Of a stretch of DNA of 64,000 nucleotides, positions 23,705 to 36,079 are shown in pieces. The stretch is taken from sequence record OW849071.1, one strand, 5' to 3'. Position 1 is the stretch's first letter; each line of letters begins with the position of its first letter. The DNA is from a plasmid. Below the pieces are notes generated by a model. That model had not been told where the DNA came from. It was given only the letters and a program-made list of their open reading frames with translations, and did no database searches. The position numbers were made by a program, and so were the translations under genes.

Positions 23705-23790
23705 ACCTGAAAGGGCACCCCCTGTGGGTGTCCTTCTTTACTGATTCACCCTGACGTCAGGGTTTATATCGATAATATACAGAGGTGAGT

Positions 23791-24231
23791 ATGAAAAAAG
23801 TGGTTCTAATGGCGCTGGCTCTCGGCCTTTCACTACCCGCGATGGCGAGTGAAAAAGTGATTGATATGTACAAATCTGAAAACTGTGGCTGTTGTTCCCT
23901 GTGGGGCAAAGCGATGGAAAAAGACGGGTTTGAAGTACGAACTCACGTCATGAATGATCAGGCGCTGTCAGCCCTGAAAGAAAAGCATGCTATTCCTGCA
24001 GGACTACGAAGTTGTCATACCGCGGTTGCCGGTAATTTGATCATTGAAGGCCATGTGCCTGCGACAACGATACATAAGGCAATGCAGTCTGGTTCGGGTA
24101 TATACGGTCTCGCCACCCCCGGTATGCCAGCAGGAAGTCCTGGAATGGAGATGGGAGCCCGAAAAGAGGCTTACGATGTTATCGCATTCTCACCGGATGG
24201 AAGTAAAAAAGTCTTCCAGCGAATCGAATAG
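23791..24231 (+). CDS. silG: SilG (ORF105-type) periplasmic CxxC protein, DUF411-like
   Basis: It has a signal peptide and an NCGCCSLWG motif. An AGAGG Shine-Dalgarno precedes the ATG at 23791. It occupies the canonical position between silA and silP. Confidence 0.7.
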   Translation: MKKVVLMALALGLSLPAMASEKVIDMYKSENCGCCSLWGKAMEKDGFEVRTHVMNDQALSALKEKHAIPAGLRSCHTAVAGNLIIEGHVPATTIHKAMQSGSGIYGLATPGMPAGSPGMEMGARKEAYDVIAFSPDGSKKVFQRIE

Positions 24232-24357
24232 TCAGCGGAACGGCTGATAACGGGACGCCGGTAGCAGGCACTCCTGTGCCGGCGATATTCGTGGTAATCG
24301 CATCCATGACATACCCTGAAGACAGAAGATGCTTCGGTATGCATAAGGAGAGTTACT

Positions 24358-26811
24358 GTGAAAAATGACAATGCAGTGCAACACAACAACCAGACTGCTT
24401 CTGAGCAGACATTATCCCCGGACGAGGGCCACGTATTGCATAAGGTGAGAGATCCCGTGTGCGGGATGGCCATCCTGCCCGACAGGGCGCACAGCAGCAT
24501 TCGATACCAGGACCACCAACTTTATTTCTGCTCCGCCAGCTGTGAGAGTAAATTTAAAGCCCATCCCGATCGTTATCTTACCGAAGATGCCAGTGAACAT
24601 TCCCATCACCATCACCATCACCACGATCATCACGAAGTCAGCCCTGATCAGATAAAACAGCCTCACAACCAGGCGGAAAAAGAGAATTCTGAAGGTGTGT
24701 GGACATGTCCGATGCACCCGGAGATACGCCGCAGTGGTCCCGGAAGCTGTCCTGTCTGTGGAATGGCACTGGAGCCGCTCGTAGCTACGGCATCCACGGG
24801 GCCGAGTGATGAACTTCACGACATGACAAGACGCTTCTGGCTGGGGTTGTTGCTGGCGTTTCCGGTTCTGGTACTCGAAATGGGATCTCATCTGTTTCCC
24901 GACTTGAGGAATACAGTACCGCCACAGTACAACACATGGCTGCAGTTGCTTCTGGCCTCCCCTGTCGTGTTGTGGTGTGGCTGGCCATTCTTCGCCCGGG
25001 CCGGAATGTCGTTACGTAACCGCTCCCTGAATATGTTTACCCTTGTTGCAATGGGGACCGGCGTAGCCTGGGTTTACAGCGTCATTGCAACCGTCTTCCC
25101 CTCCTGGTTTCCTGCATCGTTCAGAAACATGGATGGCCTGGTGGCCGTTTATTTTGAAGCCGCAGCAGTTATTACGGTGCTTGTTCTGCTGGGACAGGTT
25201 CTTGAGCTGCGGGCACGGGAACAAACCTCAGGCGCCATTACTGCGCTTCTGAACCTTGCCCCCAAAACCGCCAGACGGCTGGATCATGACGGTCATGAAA
25301 CGGATATTAATGCGGAAGATGTCCTGCCTGGCGATAAGCTCCGCATCAGACCTGGAGAGAGTATTCCGGTCGACGGTATCGTGATCGAAGGCAAAACAAC
25401 CGTTGATGAATCGATGGTGACCGGGGAGTCTATGCCGGTTACCAAAACGAAGGGTGACCCTGTCATTGGGGGGACGATTAATCAGACAGGTAGTCTTATC
25501 ATCCGTGCAGAGAAAGTCGGTGATGAAACGATGCTCTCACGAATTGTTCAGATGGTCGCTGATGCACAGCGTTCGCGTGCCCCCATCCAGAGAATGGCAG
25601 ACAGCGTTTCAGGCTGGTTTGTTCCTCTGGTGATACTTATCGCGGTTGTTGCTTTCTTGATCTGGTCTCTCTGGGGGCCCGAGCCCAGGATGGCGCACGG
25701 TCTCATTGCGGCTGTGTCGGTCCTGATTATTGCCTGTCCCTGCGCGCTGGGACTGGCCACGCCGATGTCGATAATGGTGGGGGTGGGCAAAGGCGCCCAG
25801 GCCGGGGTGTTAATCAAGAATGCCGAAGCCCTTGAGCGTCTTGAAAAAGTGGACACGCTGGTTGTCGACAAAACAGGCACGCTCACGGAAGGTTCGCCTA
25901 CGGTGACAGGGATTATCAGTCTCAGTCCGGGTGGGGAAATATCTCTTTTACGTGTAACAGCTGCAGTGGAAAAAGGTTCGCAGCATCCGTTGGGTATGGC
26001 TGTTGTCAGAGCCGCGCATGAAAAGGGGATCGTGATACCTGCCGTCAGTAATTTCAATGCCCCGTCGGGGAAAGGTGTCTCAGGCGATGTCGAAGGTCAA
26101 CGGGTTGTTATTGGTAATGAACTGGCTATGCAGGAAAACAGTATCGTTATTGATAATCAAAAGGCCGTTGCGGATACGTTGCGGATGGAAGGCGCTACCG
26201 TTATCTATGTGGCCACAGACGGGAACCTTGCAGGCCTGATAGCTATCTCGGATCCCGTGAAAGCAACCACGCCGGATGCGCTTAAAGCTTTGCGTCAGGC
26301 GGGGATCCGCATTGTTATGCTCACCGGGGATAACCAGCTTACTGCTGAAGCAGTCGCACGGAAACTGGGAATAGATGAGGTTGAAGCCGGGATTCTGCCG
26401 GATGGCAAAAAAGCAGTGATAACCCGACTGAAAGCGTCTGGCCATGTGGTTGCGATGGCCGGAGACGGTGTGAATGATGCCCCGGCGCTGGCAGCGGCTG
26501 ACGTGGGTATAGCCATGGGAACGGGTACAGATGTGGCAATAGAAAGTGCTGGCGTTACCCTTCTCAAAGGCGATTTGATGATACTCAACAGGGCCCGTCA
26601 TCTGTCAGAAATCACCATGAAAAATATCCGGCAGAATCTGTTTTTTGCGTTTATCTACAATGCTCTTGGGGTGCCTGTAGCTGCAGGTCTGCTTTATCCT
26701 GTGTATGGAATACTGCTGTCGCCAGTTATTGCGGCGGCGGCTATGGCCCTTTCCTCCGTTAGCGTCATTGCAAATGCGTTGCGTCTGAAAAGTGTCAGGC
26801 TCGGGAAATAA
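24358..26811 (+). CDS. silP: SilP P1B-type Cu/Ag-translocating ATPase
   Basis: The product is 817 aa. CPC ([10 protein letters not shown]), DKTGT and GDGVNDAP motifs are present, plus a His-rich stretch [10 protein letters not shown]. Confidence 0.9.
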   Translation: MKNDNAVQHNNQTASEQTLSPDEGHVLHKVRDPVCGMAILPDRAHSSIRYQDHQLYFCSASCESKFKAHPDRYLTEDASEHSHHHHHHHDHHEVSPDQIKQPHNQAEKENSEGVWTCPMHPEIRRSGPGSCPVCGMALEPLVATASTGPSDELHDMTRRFWLGLLLAFPVLVLEMGSHLFPDLRNTVPPQYNTWLQLLLASPVVLWCGWPFFARAGMSLRNRSLNMFTLVAMGTGVAWVYSVIATVFPSWFPASFRNMDGLVAVYFEAAAVITVLVLLGQVLELRAREQTSGAITALLNLAPKTARRLDHDGHETDINAEDVLPGDKLRIRPGESIPVDGIVIEGKTTVDESMVTGESMPVTKTKGDPVIGGTINQTGSLIIRAEKVGDETMLSRIVQMVADAQRSRAPIQRMADSVSGWFVPLVILIAVVAFLIWSLWGPEPRMAHGLIAAVSVLIIACPCALGLATPMSIMVGVGKGAQAGVLIKNAEALERLEKVDTLVVDKTGTLTEGSPTVTGIISLSPGGEISLLRVTAAVEKGSQHPLGMAVVRAAHEKGIVIPAVSNFNAPSGKGVSGDVEGQRVVIGNELAMQENSIVIDNQKAVADTLRMEGATVIYVATDGNLAGLIAISDPVKATTPDALKALRQAGIRIVMLTGDNQLTAEAVARKLGIDEVEAGILPDGKKAVITRLKASGHVVAMAGDGVNDAPALAAADVGIAMGTGTDVAIESAGVTLLKGDLMILNRARHLSEITMKNIRQNLFFAFIYNALGVPVAAGLLYPVYGILLSPVIAAAAMALSSVSVIANALRLKSVRLGK

Positions 26812-26851
26812 CCCTGAATGAAGGGTCTGTTACTAACAGAAGGAGTCCGGT

Positions 26852-27049
26852 ATGAAAAGTACCACCTATGCGCTTATTGCTGTCGCCGCGATTGCGGCAT
26901 TTGCCCTCCTGCGCGAACACTGGTCACATGTGGCAGGTTACTGGCCATATCTGTTATTGCTGGTCTGCCCGCTAATGCATCTTTTCCACGGCCACGGAGG
27001 GCATGGAGATCATCAACATCAAGGAAGTGAAAACGATAAAAAAAATTAA
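26852..27049 (+). CDS. DUF2933-type small membrane peptide with His-rich C-terminus
   Basis: The 65 aa product has one TM helix followed by HLFHGHGGHGDHQHQG. It lies immediately 3' of silP, as in copper/silver islands. Confidence 0.55.
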   Translation: MKSTTYALIAVAAIAAFALLREHWSHVAGYWPYLLLLVCPLMHLFHGHGGHGDHQHQGSENDKKN

Positions 27050-27082
27050 TCCGGCAGACGGGGCCGCGTCGCGGCCCCGTTA

Positions 27083-27820
27083 TCATTCCAGGTATCGTTC
27101 GTAGTCTCTGGCATGCGCAAAGGCATGCTGTTCAAGTTTGTTATCAGCGGGTGCCGCTGCCCGGAACGCCAGTGAGTTAACAGGATTGTTATTGATGACC
27201 AGCTCGTAATGCAGATGAGGACCGGATGAACGTCCGCTGTTACCGGATAACGCAATAGCGTCTCCCCGGGTAACCCTGGCCCCTTTAGTAACGAGTATTT
27301 TATTGAGGTGGAGATAGCGAGTTTTAACACCGGCTTTTCCCGTTACTTCAACAAAATATCCCATGGTACTGTTGTATTCGGCCCGGGTGATTTTTCCGTC
27401 GATGACGCTGACTATTTTCGTGTTCATGGGCATGGAATAATCAATGCCATTATGGGGACTCACTTTTCCCGATACCGGGTTAAGTCTTGCAGGATTGAAA
27501 GGCGAACTGAGTCTTGCTGTGGCCGGTAACGGATAATCGAGACTGCCTTTCCCGGAAGTATCGGAAAGGTTATAGAACTTTTTATCTGATATACGATACG
27601 CCGTGTAATTAAATGAACCGGACGTAAATTTATAGGCCACGACACGTGATTTTCCCGCTTTCTTTTGCAGTACGAGTTTTAATGATTCATTTTTTTTCAA
27701 ATGCCGCAGATTAAACCGGGAAGGCAAGGAGCGCTGAAGAGTAGCGATCTCGTTCGATTCCAGCCCCGAGCGGGTGGCTGAAAGGTAGGCATTTTCTTTT
27801 ACGACATCGGTAGAATACAT
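27083..27820 (-). CDS. M23B family metallopeptidase (pcoG-like)
   Basis: The LytM/M23 signature is present: HNGIDY and GNSGRSSGPHLHYEL. Confidence 0.75.
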   Translation of the reverse strand: MYSTDVVKENAYLSATRSGLESNEIATLQRSLPSRFNLRHLKKNESLKLVLQKKAGKSRVVAYKFTSGSFNYTAYRISDKKFYNLSDTSGKGSLDYPLPATARLSSPFNPARLNPVSGKVSPHNGIDYSMPMNTKIVSVIDGKITRAEYNSTMGYFVEVTGKAGVKTRYLHLNKILVTKGARVTRGDAIALSGNSGRSSGPHLHYELVINNNPVNSLAFRAAAPADNKLEQHAFAHARDYERYLE

Positions 27821-28108
27821 TTACTGGAATTCGCCGTTAGCATGAACACTGCGGCGTATGCTAGGGGTTTTCAGGAGGCGTGTCATCTGTCAGTTAATCG
27901 GGAGCACCGTTGATGGTCGTCATTTTTGTAACATATCTTGTTTCCCGTTTGCTCCTGAAGCTCTGGGAACTGTATGACCAGCCCGACGGTGATGATTAAC
28001 GGGACTGAAACAGGTTACGGCAGAGCAATATGGGGCTCATGTCCTGCTACGTAACCCGTCAGTAAAGCCCTGCTGCGCACCTGACGCTAAGCACTAACCC
28101 GCCTGCAG

Positions 28109-28558
28109 TTACCTGGTCGAATACAGCCCGCGAAGCTTTCTTGCCTGCGTCTGATGTGCTTCCGCACCGGCATTATTGACCTGCTCATGCACGAGAGCGG
28201 CTTTTTCTCCGGCATTCAGTTCGTTAAAAGAAGAAGACGAGGTCTTTGAATTTGCATCACTGCCGGACAGCATTTTTTTATGTTCCTCAATCATTTTCTG
28301 ATGCGCATAGGACGCGCTGTTGTTCATAAATGAATGAGCAACAATGGCCCTTTCATGTTCATTCATTTCAGAGAATGAGGGCGTGTTGTTTTTATTAACC
28401 CTGTCCGGTAAGTTTTCATGCGTCGAGGAGTTCACATGACTGACGGCTGAGGCATTATTAACAAATCGATGTGCTTCATGGGCAATATCACTGGACTGAG
28501 CAAAAGCTGCCCCACAAAATAAAGCTGTAAACGCAGTGGTCGTGATTAATATATTCAT
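28109..28558 (-). CDS. SilE/PcoE-family paralog (pcoE1-like), His/Met motifs partly degenerate
   Basis: It has a signal peptide and repeated x(E/H)xxM/A motifs (HERAIVAHSFMN, YAHQKMIEEHKKM, AALVHEQVNN). It aligns to SilE/PcoE repeats but with fewer His. Confidence 0.6.
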   Translation of the reverse strand: MNILITTTAFTALFCGAAFAQSSDIAHEAHRFVNNASAVSHVNSSTHENLPDRVNKNNTPSFSEMNEHERAIVAHSFMNNSASYAHQKMIEEHKKMLSGSDANSKTSSSSFNELNAGEKAALVHEQVNNAGAEAHQTQARKLRGLYSTR

Positions 28559-28654
28559 GTGTAATTACCTTCTGAGGTACATAAAAGATGTCCTTATGAT
28601 CATATATAAAAAAATCAACCTGTGGAGAAGATGACGTAAATGTAATACAGCCAC

Positions 28655-28672
28655 GTACATTACACGATTGTA
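28655..28672. promoter_or_regulatory. Copper-box-like palindrome upstream of pcoA
   Basis: CATTACACGATTGTAATG is a perfect 7-bp inverted repeat. Confidence 0.4.
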
Positions 28673-28791
28673 ATGAATTTGTTTCTTAAGGTGTGCTAGA
28701 TTCATTTCATTGTAAGTGGATGAACCAGTAATTTAATTTAAATCGGTTCTCGAATTCTGTCAGTAACCATACTTTAAATAAGGGAATGCGC

Positions 28792-30609
28792 ATGCTGTTG
28801 AAAACGTCTCGACGAACTTTCCTGAAGGGGTTAACCCTCTCTGGCGTAGCCGGAAGTCTTGGCGTATGGAGTTTCAATGCGCGTTCCAGTCTGAGCCTGC
28901 CAGTTGCCGCATCCCTGCAGGGTACTCAGTTTGACCTGACCATTGGTGAAACGGCCGTCAATATCACGGGCAGTGAGCGTCAGGCCAAAACAATCAATGG
29001 AGGCCTGCCGGGGCCCGTTCTTCGCTGGAAAGAAGGTGACACCATTACCCTGAAGGTCAAAAACCGTCTTAATGAACAGACGTCCATTCACTGGCACGGC
29101 ATTATTCTTCCGGCCAATATGGATGGTGTTCCGGGGCTGAGTTTTATGGGCATAGAGCCTGATGATACCTACGTTTACACCTTTAAGGTTAAGCAGAACG
29201 GGACTTACTGGTACCACAGCCATTCCGGTCTGCAGGAACAGGAGGGGGTATACGGTGCCATTATCATCGATGCCAGGGAGCCAGAACCGTTTGCTTACGA
29301 TCGTGAGCATGTGGTCATGTTGTCTGACTGGACCGATGAAAATCCTCACAGCCTGCTGAAAAAATTAAAAAAACAGTCGGATTACTACAATTTCAATAAA
29401 CCAACCGTTGGCTCTTTTTTCCGCGACGTGAATACCAGGGGGCTGTCAGCCACCATTGCCGATCGGAAAATGTGGGCTGAAATGAAAATGAATCCGACTG
29501 ACCTCGCGGATGTCAGTGGCTACACCTACACCTATCTCATGAACGGGCAGGCCCCGCTGAAAAACTGGACCGGACTGTTCCGTCCCGGTGAAAAGATACG
29601 CTTACGGTTTATCACCGGCTCGGCAATGACCTATTTCGATATCCGTATCCCCGGGCTGAAAATGACGGTCGTGGCTGCAGATGGCCAGTATGTAAACCCG
29701 GTTACCGTTGACGAATTCAGGATTGCCGTTGCCGAAACCTATGATGTCATTGTGGAGCCTCAGGGTGAGGCCTATACCATCTTCGCACAATCCATGGACA
29801 GGACCGGTTACGCTCGAGGGACACTGGCCACGAGAGAAGGGTTAAGTGCTGCCGTTCCCCCCCTCGATCCCCGTCCTCTGTTGACCATGGAAGATATGGG
29901 TATGGGGGGAATGGGACATGATATGGCAGGAATGGACCACAGCCAGATGGGAGGCATGGATAACAGCGGAGAGATGATGTCTATGGACGGTGCTGACCTT
30001 CCGGATAGCGGGACATCCTCCGCGCCCATGGATCACAGCAGCATGGCCGGTATGGATCATTCCCGGATGGCCGGAATGCCGGGTATGCAAAGTCATCCTG
30101 CGTCAGAAACGGATAACCCACTGGTTGATATGCAGGCGATGAGCGTCTCTCCGAAATTAAATGATCCGGGTATTGGTCTTCGAAATAACGGAAGAAAGGT
30201 TCTCACGTACGCGGATTTGAAAAGCCGCTTTGAGGATCCTGACGGACGTGAACCTGGCCGTACCATAGAACTGCATTTAACCGGCCACATGGAAAAGTTT
30301 GCCTGGTCATTTAACGGAATCAAGTTTTCAGATGCCGCACCGGTGCTGCTGAAATACGGTGAGCGGCTCAGGATCACGCTGATCAACGATACCATGATGA
30401 CTCACCCCATTCACCTGCATGGTATGTGGAGCGATCTGGAAGATGAAAACGGTAATTTCATGGTTCGTAAACACACAATAGATGTTCCCCCTGGTACAAA
30501 ACGCAGTTACAGAGTGACAGCAGATGCGCTTGGCCGCTGGGCGTATCACTGCCATTTGCTCTATCACATGGAAATGGGAATGTTTCGTGAAGTCCGGGTG
30601 GAGGAATGA
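28792..30609 (+). CDS. pcoA: PcoA multicopper oxidase
   Basis: A Tat signal (SRRTFLKG), cupredoxin domains and a Met-rich region ([22 protein letters not shown]) are present. The ATG at 28792 gives a 605 aa product. Confidence 0.9.
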   Translation: MLLKTSRRTFLKGLTLSGVAGSLGVWSFNARSSLSLPVAASLQGTQFDLTIGETAVNITGSERQAKTINGGLPGPVLRWKEGDTITLKVKNRLNEQTSIHWHGIILPANMDGVPGLSFMGIEPDDTYVYTFKVKQNGTYWYHSHSGLQEQEGVYGAIIIDAREPEPFAYDREHVVMLSDWTDENPHSLLKKLKKQSDYYNFNKPTVGSFFRDVNTRGLSATIADRKMWAEMKMNPTDLADVSGYTYTYLMNGQAPLKNWTGLFRPGEKIRLRFITGSAMTYFDIRIPGLKMTVVAADGQYVNPVTVDEFRIAVAETYDVIVEPQGEAYTIFAQSMDRTGYARGTLATREGLSAAVPPLDPRPLLTMEDMGMGGMGHDMAGMDHSQMGGMDNSGEMMSMDGADLPDSGTSSAPMDHSSMAGMDHSRMAGMPGMQSHPASETDNPLVDMQAMSVSPKLNDPGIGLRNNGRKVLTYADLKSRFEDPDGREPGRTIELHLTGHMEKFAWSFNGIKFSDAAPVLLKYGERLRITLINDTMMTHPIHLHGMWSDLEDENGNFMVRKHTIDVPPGTKRSYRVTADALGRWAYHCHLLYHMEMGMFREVRVEE

Positions 30610-31505
30610 TGCGAATGAAGAGAAATTTGAAGGCCATACCTGTTCTGGTCGCCGGTTTGTTTACCTCACAGCTTTCTATTGCGGCGGGCTCCGTCTCTGC
30701 AGATCCCCACGCCGGGCACGACATGTCTGCCATGCAGATGCCAGCAGATGAGAATTTCACTGAGATGACGTCAATGGAGCCCATTGTAACTGAGAGCAGA
30801 ACGCCAATTCCGCCTGTTACCGATGCCGACCGGAAGGCTGCATTCGGCAATTTACAGGGGCATGCGATTCACGACAGTGCGATTAATTATCTGGTTCTGC
30901 TGGATCAACTGGAATGGCAACGGTCGGATAACACCAACAATTTCAGCTGGAGTGTTAACAGCTGGATTGGAGGCGACACAGATCGGATTTGGCTAAAGAG
31001 TGAAGGTGAACGAAGCAATGGGGAAACGGAGGCGGCTGAAGCGCAGTTACTCTGGGGACATGCGGTTGGCCCATGGTGGGATTTGGTTGCGGGTGTCAGG
31101 CAGGATTTCAGACCTGCTTCTGCCCGGACCTGGGCTGCTGTCGGTTTTCAGGGGCTGGCACTCTATAATTTTGAGTCTGAAATTACGGGTTTTGTCAGTA
31201 ATGGCGGAAAAGCAGCCCTTCGTCTGGGAGGAGAATACGACGTTTTACTGACTAACCGGCTCATACTCCAGCCATCCTATGAGGTGAATTTCTACAGTCA
31301 GGATGATGAATCGCGGGGTCGCGGCAGGGGACTGACTGACACAGAGCTGGGGCTCCGACTGCGCTATGAAATACGCCGTGAGTTTGCACCCTATATAGGC
31401 GTTTCCTGGAATCAACTTTACGGGAAAACATCCGATATGGCGAAAAGAGAAGGTGAGAAAGACCATCAGGTAGTATTCCTGGCGGGAGCCAGAATCTGGT
31501 TTTAA
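30606..31505 (+). CDS. pcoB: PcoB outer-membrane copper resistance protein
   Basis: It has a signal peptide and the CopB family C-terminus. It overlaps the pcoA stop. Confidence 0.85.
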   Translation: MMRMKRNLKAIPVLVAGLFTSQLSIAAGSVSADPHAGHDMSAMQMPADENFTEMTSMEPIVTESRTPIPPVTDADRKAAFGNLQGHAIHDSAINYLVLLDQLEWQRSDNTNNFSWSVNSWIGGDTDRIWLKSEGERSNGETEAAEAQLLWGHAVGPWWDLVAGVRQDFRPASARTWAAVGFQGLALYNFESEITGFVSNGGKAALRLGGEYDVLLTNRLILQPSYEVNFYSQDDESRGRGRGLTDTELGLRLRYEIRREFAPYIGVSWNQLYGKTSDMAKREGEKDHQVVFLAGARIWF

Positions 31506-31544
31506 CGCACTGATATAAAACACTCAACTAAACAGGTAAATAAA

Positions 31545-31925
31545 ATGTCGATTTTAAATAAAGCCATTCTTACAGGTGGCCTCGTTATGGGCGTTGCTTT
31601 CTCTGCTATGGCCCATCCGGAATTAAAAAGCTCTGTGCCACAGGCTGATTCAGCCGTAGCGGCCCCGGAAAAGATTCAGCTTAATTTCTCGGAAAATCTG
31701 ACCGTGAAATTCTCAGGTGCAAAATTAACGATGACGGGTATGAAAGGCATGTCATCACATTCTCCGATGCCGGTCGCGGCAAAAGTGGCGCCAGGCGCTG
31801 ACCCTAAATCGATGGTCATTATTCCGCGAGAGCCTTTACCCGCTGGCACTTATCGTGTTGACTGGCGCGCGGTTTCTTCAGATACGCACCCTATTACCGG
31901 TAATTACACCTTTACAGTGAAGTAA
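31545..31925 (+). CDS. pcoC: PcoC periplasmic copper chaperone
   Basis: The 126 aa product is CopC-like, with [13 protein letters not shown]. Confidence 0.9.
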   Translation: MSILNKAILTGGLVMGVAFSAMAHPELKSSVPQADSAVAAPEKIQLNFSENLTVKFSGAKLTMTGMKGMSSHSPMPVAAKVAPGADPKSMVIIPREPLPAGTYRVDWRAVSSDTHPITGNYTFTVK

Positions 31926-31929
31926 TATT

Positions 31930-32859
31930 ATGAACGACCTGATTATGATTGTTATTCGTTTTCTTCTTTATCTGGATTTGATGGTAATATTTGGATTGCC
32001 ATTTTTTCAGATATATGGAATAAGCGGTGTCAGACATGAAACCTATAACCTGACTAATTTCAGGTCGTTTATAACCTTTGCTGTTGTTACAGGCATCATT
32101 CTTACTGGCATTAATATGCTCCTGGTATCTAATGCCATGAGTGGAGTAACTGACCTCAGAGAATTATCCATCCATGTTATCGAGATGGTGATAGAAGAAA
32201 CTGATGTGGGTATTAGCTGGATTGTCAGACTCTGTGCCCTGTTTACCACACTCGGTGCTTTGTTCCTTTACACTAATAAGAGAGTATTGTCCTGCCTGCT
32301 GATGACGATGAGTGGGGGCGTGGCGCTGGCTACACTTGCCTGGGGAGGACACGCCGTTATGCATGACGGTCTGCATTACTATCTCCATTTACTGAGCGAT
32401 CTGACCCATCTCGGCGCTGCAGGTGCCTGGACAGGTGCTCTGGTTGCATTTGCTATCCTGCTGATGCGCAGAAACGAGCATAATGCACAGAGCGTCATTG
32501 TGATATCTGACTCCCTGGCAAAATTTGCCACGGCAGGAACGGTGATTGTTGTAGCCCTGATCCTGAGTGCGCTGGTCAACTATCTGTATATTGCTGAGGG
32601 TAACTTAACTCCCTTATTCAACAGTTCCTGGGGGAGGATATTGCTTGCCAAGACGGCTCTGTTTGTTCTGATGCTTCTTCTGGCTGCAGCAAACCGGTTT
32701 CACCTGGGTCCCCGGCTTGAAGTTATGGTCAGGGAAGGGAATTATGATCGCAGCGTTGCCCTGATGCGAAACAGCATCCTGACAGAATTCGTTGTTGCGA
32801 TTATCATTCTGGGCGCCGTAGCGTGGCTTGGAATGCTTGCTCCGTCTCAGATCAGCTAG
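31930..32859 (+). CDS. pcoD: PcoD inner-membrane copper transport protein
   Basis: The 309 aa product has eight TM segments and belongs to the CopD family. Confidence 0.85.
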   Translation: MNDLIMIVIRFLLYLDLMVIFGLPFFQIYGISGVRHETYNLTNFRSFITFAVVTGIILTGINMLLVSNAMSGVTDLRELSIHVIEMVIEETDVGISWIVRLCALFTTLGALFLYTNKRVLSCLLMTMSGGVALATLAWGGHAVMHDGLHYYLHLLSDLTHLGAAGAWTGALVAFAILLMRRNEHNAQSVIVISDSLAKFATAGTVIVVALILSALVNYLYIAEGNLTPLFNSSWGRILLAKTALFVLMLLLAAANRFHLGPRLEVMVREGNYDRSVALMRNSILTEFVVAIIILGAVAWLGMLAPSQIS

Positions 32860-32913
32860 GGGACAGCCAAAGCTCATGCGTGAGATTTTTACTTTCATAT
32901 CAGCGAGTTGACC

Positions 32914-33594
32914 ATGCAGCGTATTTTAATCGTTGAAGACGAACAAAAAACAGGTCGTTACCTGCAGCAGGGACTGGTTGAGGAAGGCTATCAGGCCGAT
33001 CTCTTTAATAATGGCCGCGATGGTCTCGGGGCCGCGTCGAAGGGACAGTATGATTTGATAATACTGGACGTGATGCTGCCTTTCCTCGACGGGTGGCAAA
33101 TCATCAGCGCACTGAGGGAGTCCGGGCACGAAGAACCGGTCCTGTTTTTAACCGCAAAGGACAACGTGCGGGACAAAGTGAAAGGACTGGAGCTTGGCGC
33201 AGATGACTACCTGATTAAGCCCTTTGATTTTACGGAGCTGGTTGCACGTGTAAGAACCCTACTGCGCCGGGCACGCTCGCAGGCCGCAACAGTCTGCACC
33301 ATCGCCGATATGACCGTTGATATGGTGCGCCGGACCGTGATCCGTTCGGGGAAGAAGATCCATCTCACCGGTAAAGAATACGTTCTGCTTGAGTTGCTGC
33401 TGCAACGCACCGGAGAAGTGTTACCCAGGAGTCTTATCTCGTCCCTGGTCTGGAACATGAATTTTGACAGTGATACGAATGTGATTGATGTCGCCGTGAG
33501 ACGTCTGAGAAGTAAAATTGATGATGACTTTGAGCCAAAACTGATCCATACCGTTCGCGGTGCCGGATATGTCCTGGAGATCAGAGAAGAGTGA
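32914..33594 (+). CDS. pcoR: PcoR response regulator
   Basis: [17 protein letters not shown], OmpR family, 226 aa. Confidence 0.9.
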   Translation: MQRILIVEDEQKTGRYLQQGLVEEGYQADLFNNGRDGLGAASKGQYDLIILDVMLPFLDGWQIISALRESGHEEPVLFLTAKDNVRDKVKGLELGADDYLIKPFDFTELVARVRTLLRRARSQAATVCTIADMTVDMVRRTVIRSGKKIHLTGKEYVLLELLLQRTGEVLPRSLISSLVWNMNFDSDTNVIDVAVRRLRSKIDDDFEPKLIHTVRGAGYVLEIREE

Positions 33595-34991
33595 GGTTCA
33601 AAATTTCCCTGACCACACGCCTGAGCCTGATTTTTTCTGCGGTGATGCTTACGGTATGGTGGTTATCAAGTTTTATCCTGATTAGCACCCTGAATGGCTA
33701 TTTCGATAATCAGGACCGCGATTTTCTGACAGGTAAACTTCAGCTCACCGAAGAGTTTCTTAAAACAGAGACGTTCAGGAACAAAACGGATATTAAGTCA
33801 TTATCAGAAAAAATAAACGATGCGATGGTGGGGCACAATGGCTTATTCATTTCTATAAAAAACATGGAAAATGAAAAAATTGTTGAACTCTATGCCAAAA
33901 ATTCTGTTGTTCCAGCGGTCCTGCTTAATAAGTCGGGTGATATTCTCGACTATATGATCCAGACGGAAGAAAATAACACCGTGTACCGCAGTATCTCGCG
34001 GCGGGTTGCCGTGACGCCGGAACAGGGTAAAAGCAAACATGTCATCATTACGGTTGCCACGGATACTGGGTATCACACCCTGTTTATGGACAAACTCAGT
34101 ACCTGGCTGTTCTGGTTCAATATCGGTCTGGTCTTTATTTCTGTTTTTCTGGGCTGGCTGACCACACGTATTGGTCTGAAACCGCTACGGGAAATGACCA
34201 GTCTGGCTTCCTCCATGACCGTACACAGCCTGGATCAGCGTCTAAATCCCGATCTGGCTCCGCCGGAAATCTCTGAGACCATGCAGGAGTTCAATAATAT
34301 GTTTGATCGCCTGGAGGGGGCATTCCGGAAACTGTCAGATTTCTCGTCTGACATCGCGCATGAGCTGCGCACACCAGTCAGTAATCTGATGATGCAGACG
34401 CAGTTTGCACTGGCTAAGGAAAGGGATGTTTCGCATTACCGCGAAATTTTATTCGCTAACCTGGAAGAACTGAAAAGGTTGTCACGAATGACCAGTGACA
34501 TGCTTTTTCTGGCACGTTCAGAGCATGGTCTGCTGCGGCTGGATAAACATGATGTGGATCTGGCAGCCGAACTGAATGAATTACGTGAGTTGTTCGAGCC
34601 CCTGGCAGACGAAACAGGAAAGACAATCACGGTTGAAGGAGAGGGCGTTGTTGCCGGAGACAGCGATATGCTCCGACGTGCTTTCAGTAACCTGCTTTCC
34701 AATGCAATCAAGTATTCTCCCGATAACACCTGTACAGCGATACACATTGAGCGTGACAGTGACTGTGTGAACGTGATGATTACGAATACGATGTCCGGCC
34801 AGGTTCCCGCTAATCTGGAACGTTTGTTTGACCGGTTCTATCGCGCAGACTCATCAAGGTTCTACAACACGGAAGGCGCGGGGCTGGGATTATCAATTAC
34901 AAGGTCGATCATTCATGCTCACGGCGGCGAGCTGTCAGCAGAACAGCAGGGGCGGGAAATTGTGTTCAGTGTGCGTCTGTTAATGGATTAA
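33591..34991 (+). CDS. pcoS: PcoS sensor histidine kinase
   Basis: The 466 aa product has two TM segments, [14 protein letters not shown] and a HATPase domain. It overlaps pcoR. Confidence 0.9.
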   Translation: MRFKISLTTRLSLIFSAVMLTVWWLSSFILISTLNGYFDNQDRDFLTGKLQLTEEFLKTETFRNKTDIKSLSEKINDAMVGHNGLFISIKNMENEKIVELYAKNSVVPAVLLNKSGDILDYMIQTEENNTVYRSISRRVAVTPEQGKSKHVIITVATDTGYHTLFMDKLSTWLFWFNIGLVFISVFLGWLTTRIGLKPLREMTSLASSMTVHSLDQRLNPDLAPPEISETMQEFNNMFDRLEGAFRKLSDFSSDIAHELRTPVSNLMMQTQFALAKERDVSHYREILFANLEELKRLSRMTSDMLFLARSEHGLLRLDKHDVDLAAELNELRELFEPLADETGKTITVEGEGVVAGDSDMLRRAFSNLLSNAIKYSPDNTCTAIHIERDSDCVNVMITNTMSGQVPANLERLFDRFYRADSSRFYNTEGAGLGLSITRSIIHAHGGELSAEQQGREIVFSVRLLMD

Positions 34992-35023
34992 TACCGTTAT
35001 TCAGGAGAAACCCGGAAGGTGAC

Positions 35024-35040
35024 AAAAATGTCATCGTTCA
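35024..35040. promoter_or_regulatory. Copper/Cus-box-like palindrome upstream of pcoE
   Basis: TGACAAAAATGTCA. Confidence 0.4.
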
Positions 35041-35207
35041 GTCACGCGATAAACAGAGGCGGTTTTTTATAATCAGCCATAAATCAGGACAGCGTGATAA
35101 TTCAATCGCCCGGTTCCTGGCGTGATGATCAACCAGCCCTGAGATCAAATGCTTTCTCTGTTATAAGCCGTTGATTGTTTGGGTATGAAAACACCGGAGA
35201 CCCAACC

Positions 35208-35642
35208 ATGAAAAAGATCCTTGTATCATTTGTTGCCATTATGGCTGTCGCTTCATCCGCCATGGCTGCAGAGACAATGAACATGCATGACCAGGTAAAT
35301 AATGCCCAGGCACCCGCCCATCAGATGCAGTCAACCTCTGAAAAAAGCGCTGTTCAGGGAGACAGTATGACAATGATGGATATGAGCGGTCACGATCAGG
35401 CTGCAATGACCCATGAAATGATGCAAAACGGCAACGCTTCTGCCCATCAGGACATGGCTGAAATGCATAAAAAAATGATGAAATCCAAGCCAGCAGCTTC
35501 TAACGAAACAGCAAAATCATTTTCCGAAATGAACGAGCATGAGAAAGCCGCTGTTGTACACGAGAAGGCGAATAATGGTCAGTCTTCAGTGATTCATCAG
35601 CAGCAGGCTGAAAAGCATCGCAGCCAGATCACCCAGAATTAA
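35208..35642 (+). CDS. pcoE: PcoE periplasmic copper-binding protein
   Basis: The 144 aa product has a signal peptide and HxxM repeats. A GGAGA Shine-Dalgarno precedes the ATG at 35208. Confidence 0.85.
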   Translation: MKKILVSFVAIMAVASSAMAAETMNMHDQVNNAQAPAHQMQSTSEKSAVQGDSMTMMDMSGHDQAAMTHEMMQNGNASAHQDMAEMHKKMMKSKPAASNETAKSFSEMNEHEKAAVVHEKANNGQSSVIHQQQAEKHRSQITQN

Positions 35643-35689
35643 CCCGCAGCTCCACTTGTCAGACCCTCATTTGACGCCGAAGTCACTGG

Positions 35690-35718
35690 CTTACGCTCCC
35701 GCCGGGAGCGTTTTTTTT
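35690..35718 (+). terminator. Rho-independent terminator after pcoE
   Basis: GCTCCCGCCGGGAGC stem followed by T8. Confidence 0.55.
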
Positions 35719-36079
35719 CGTAATTAATAAGTGTCATCAAAAGCATCCATCACCATTATCATAATTGGCCCTGATCAAATAAAATTTAACTTATGTTGCG
35801 CGAGAATTCAGTTCATGAAAAAAATATCAGTATCATATTGTTTTTAATTATTATTTTCGTTCCCGGTTATATCCTATATCCAGGGTTCATGCCGCGCCGT
35901 ATCCTGAGACTGGCTGAGAATACGAATGATCATAACCACCGAATGTGATGACACAAAATAGATCATGTGCTGTTCCACCGGCAGCGAGCAGATATTGTCT
36001 CCCAGCTCCGCGCGATGCGTGCCTATGTCATGCATGGCCAGAACGTCAAACACCGCTGCTATACTGTTACCAACGGTGC

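Noticed and set aside
25548-26601. 169-, 173- and 97-aa minus-strand ORFs inside silP.
   Set aside because: They are antisense to the P-type ATPase gene and lack start context and motifs.
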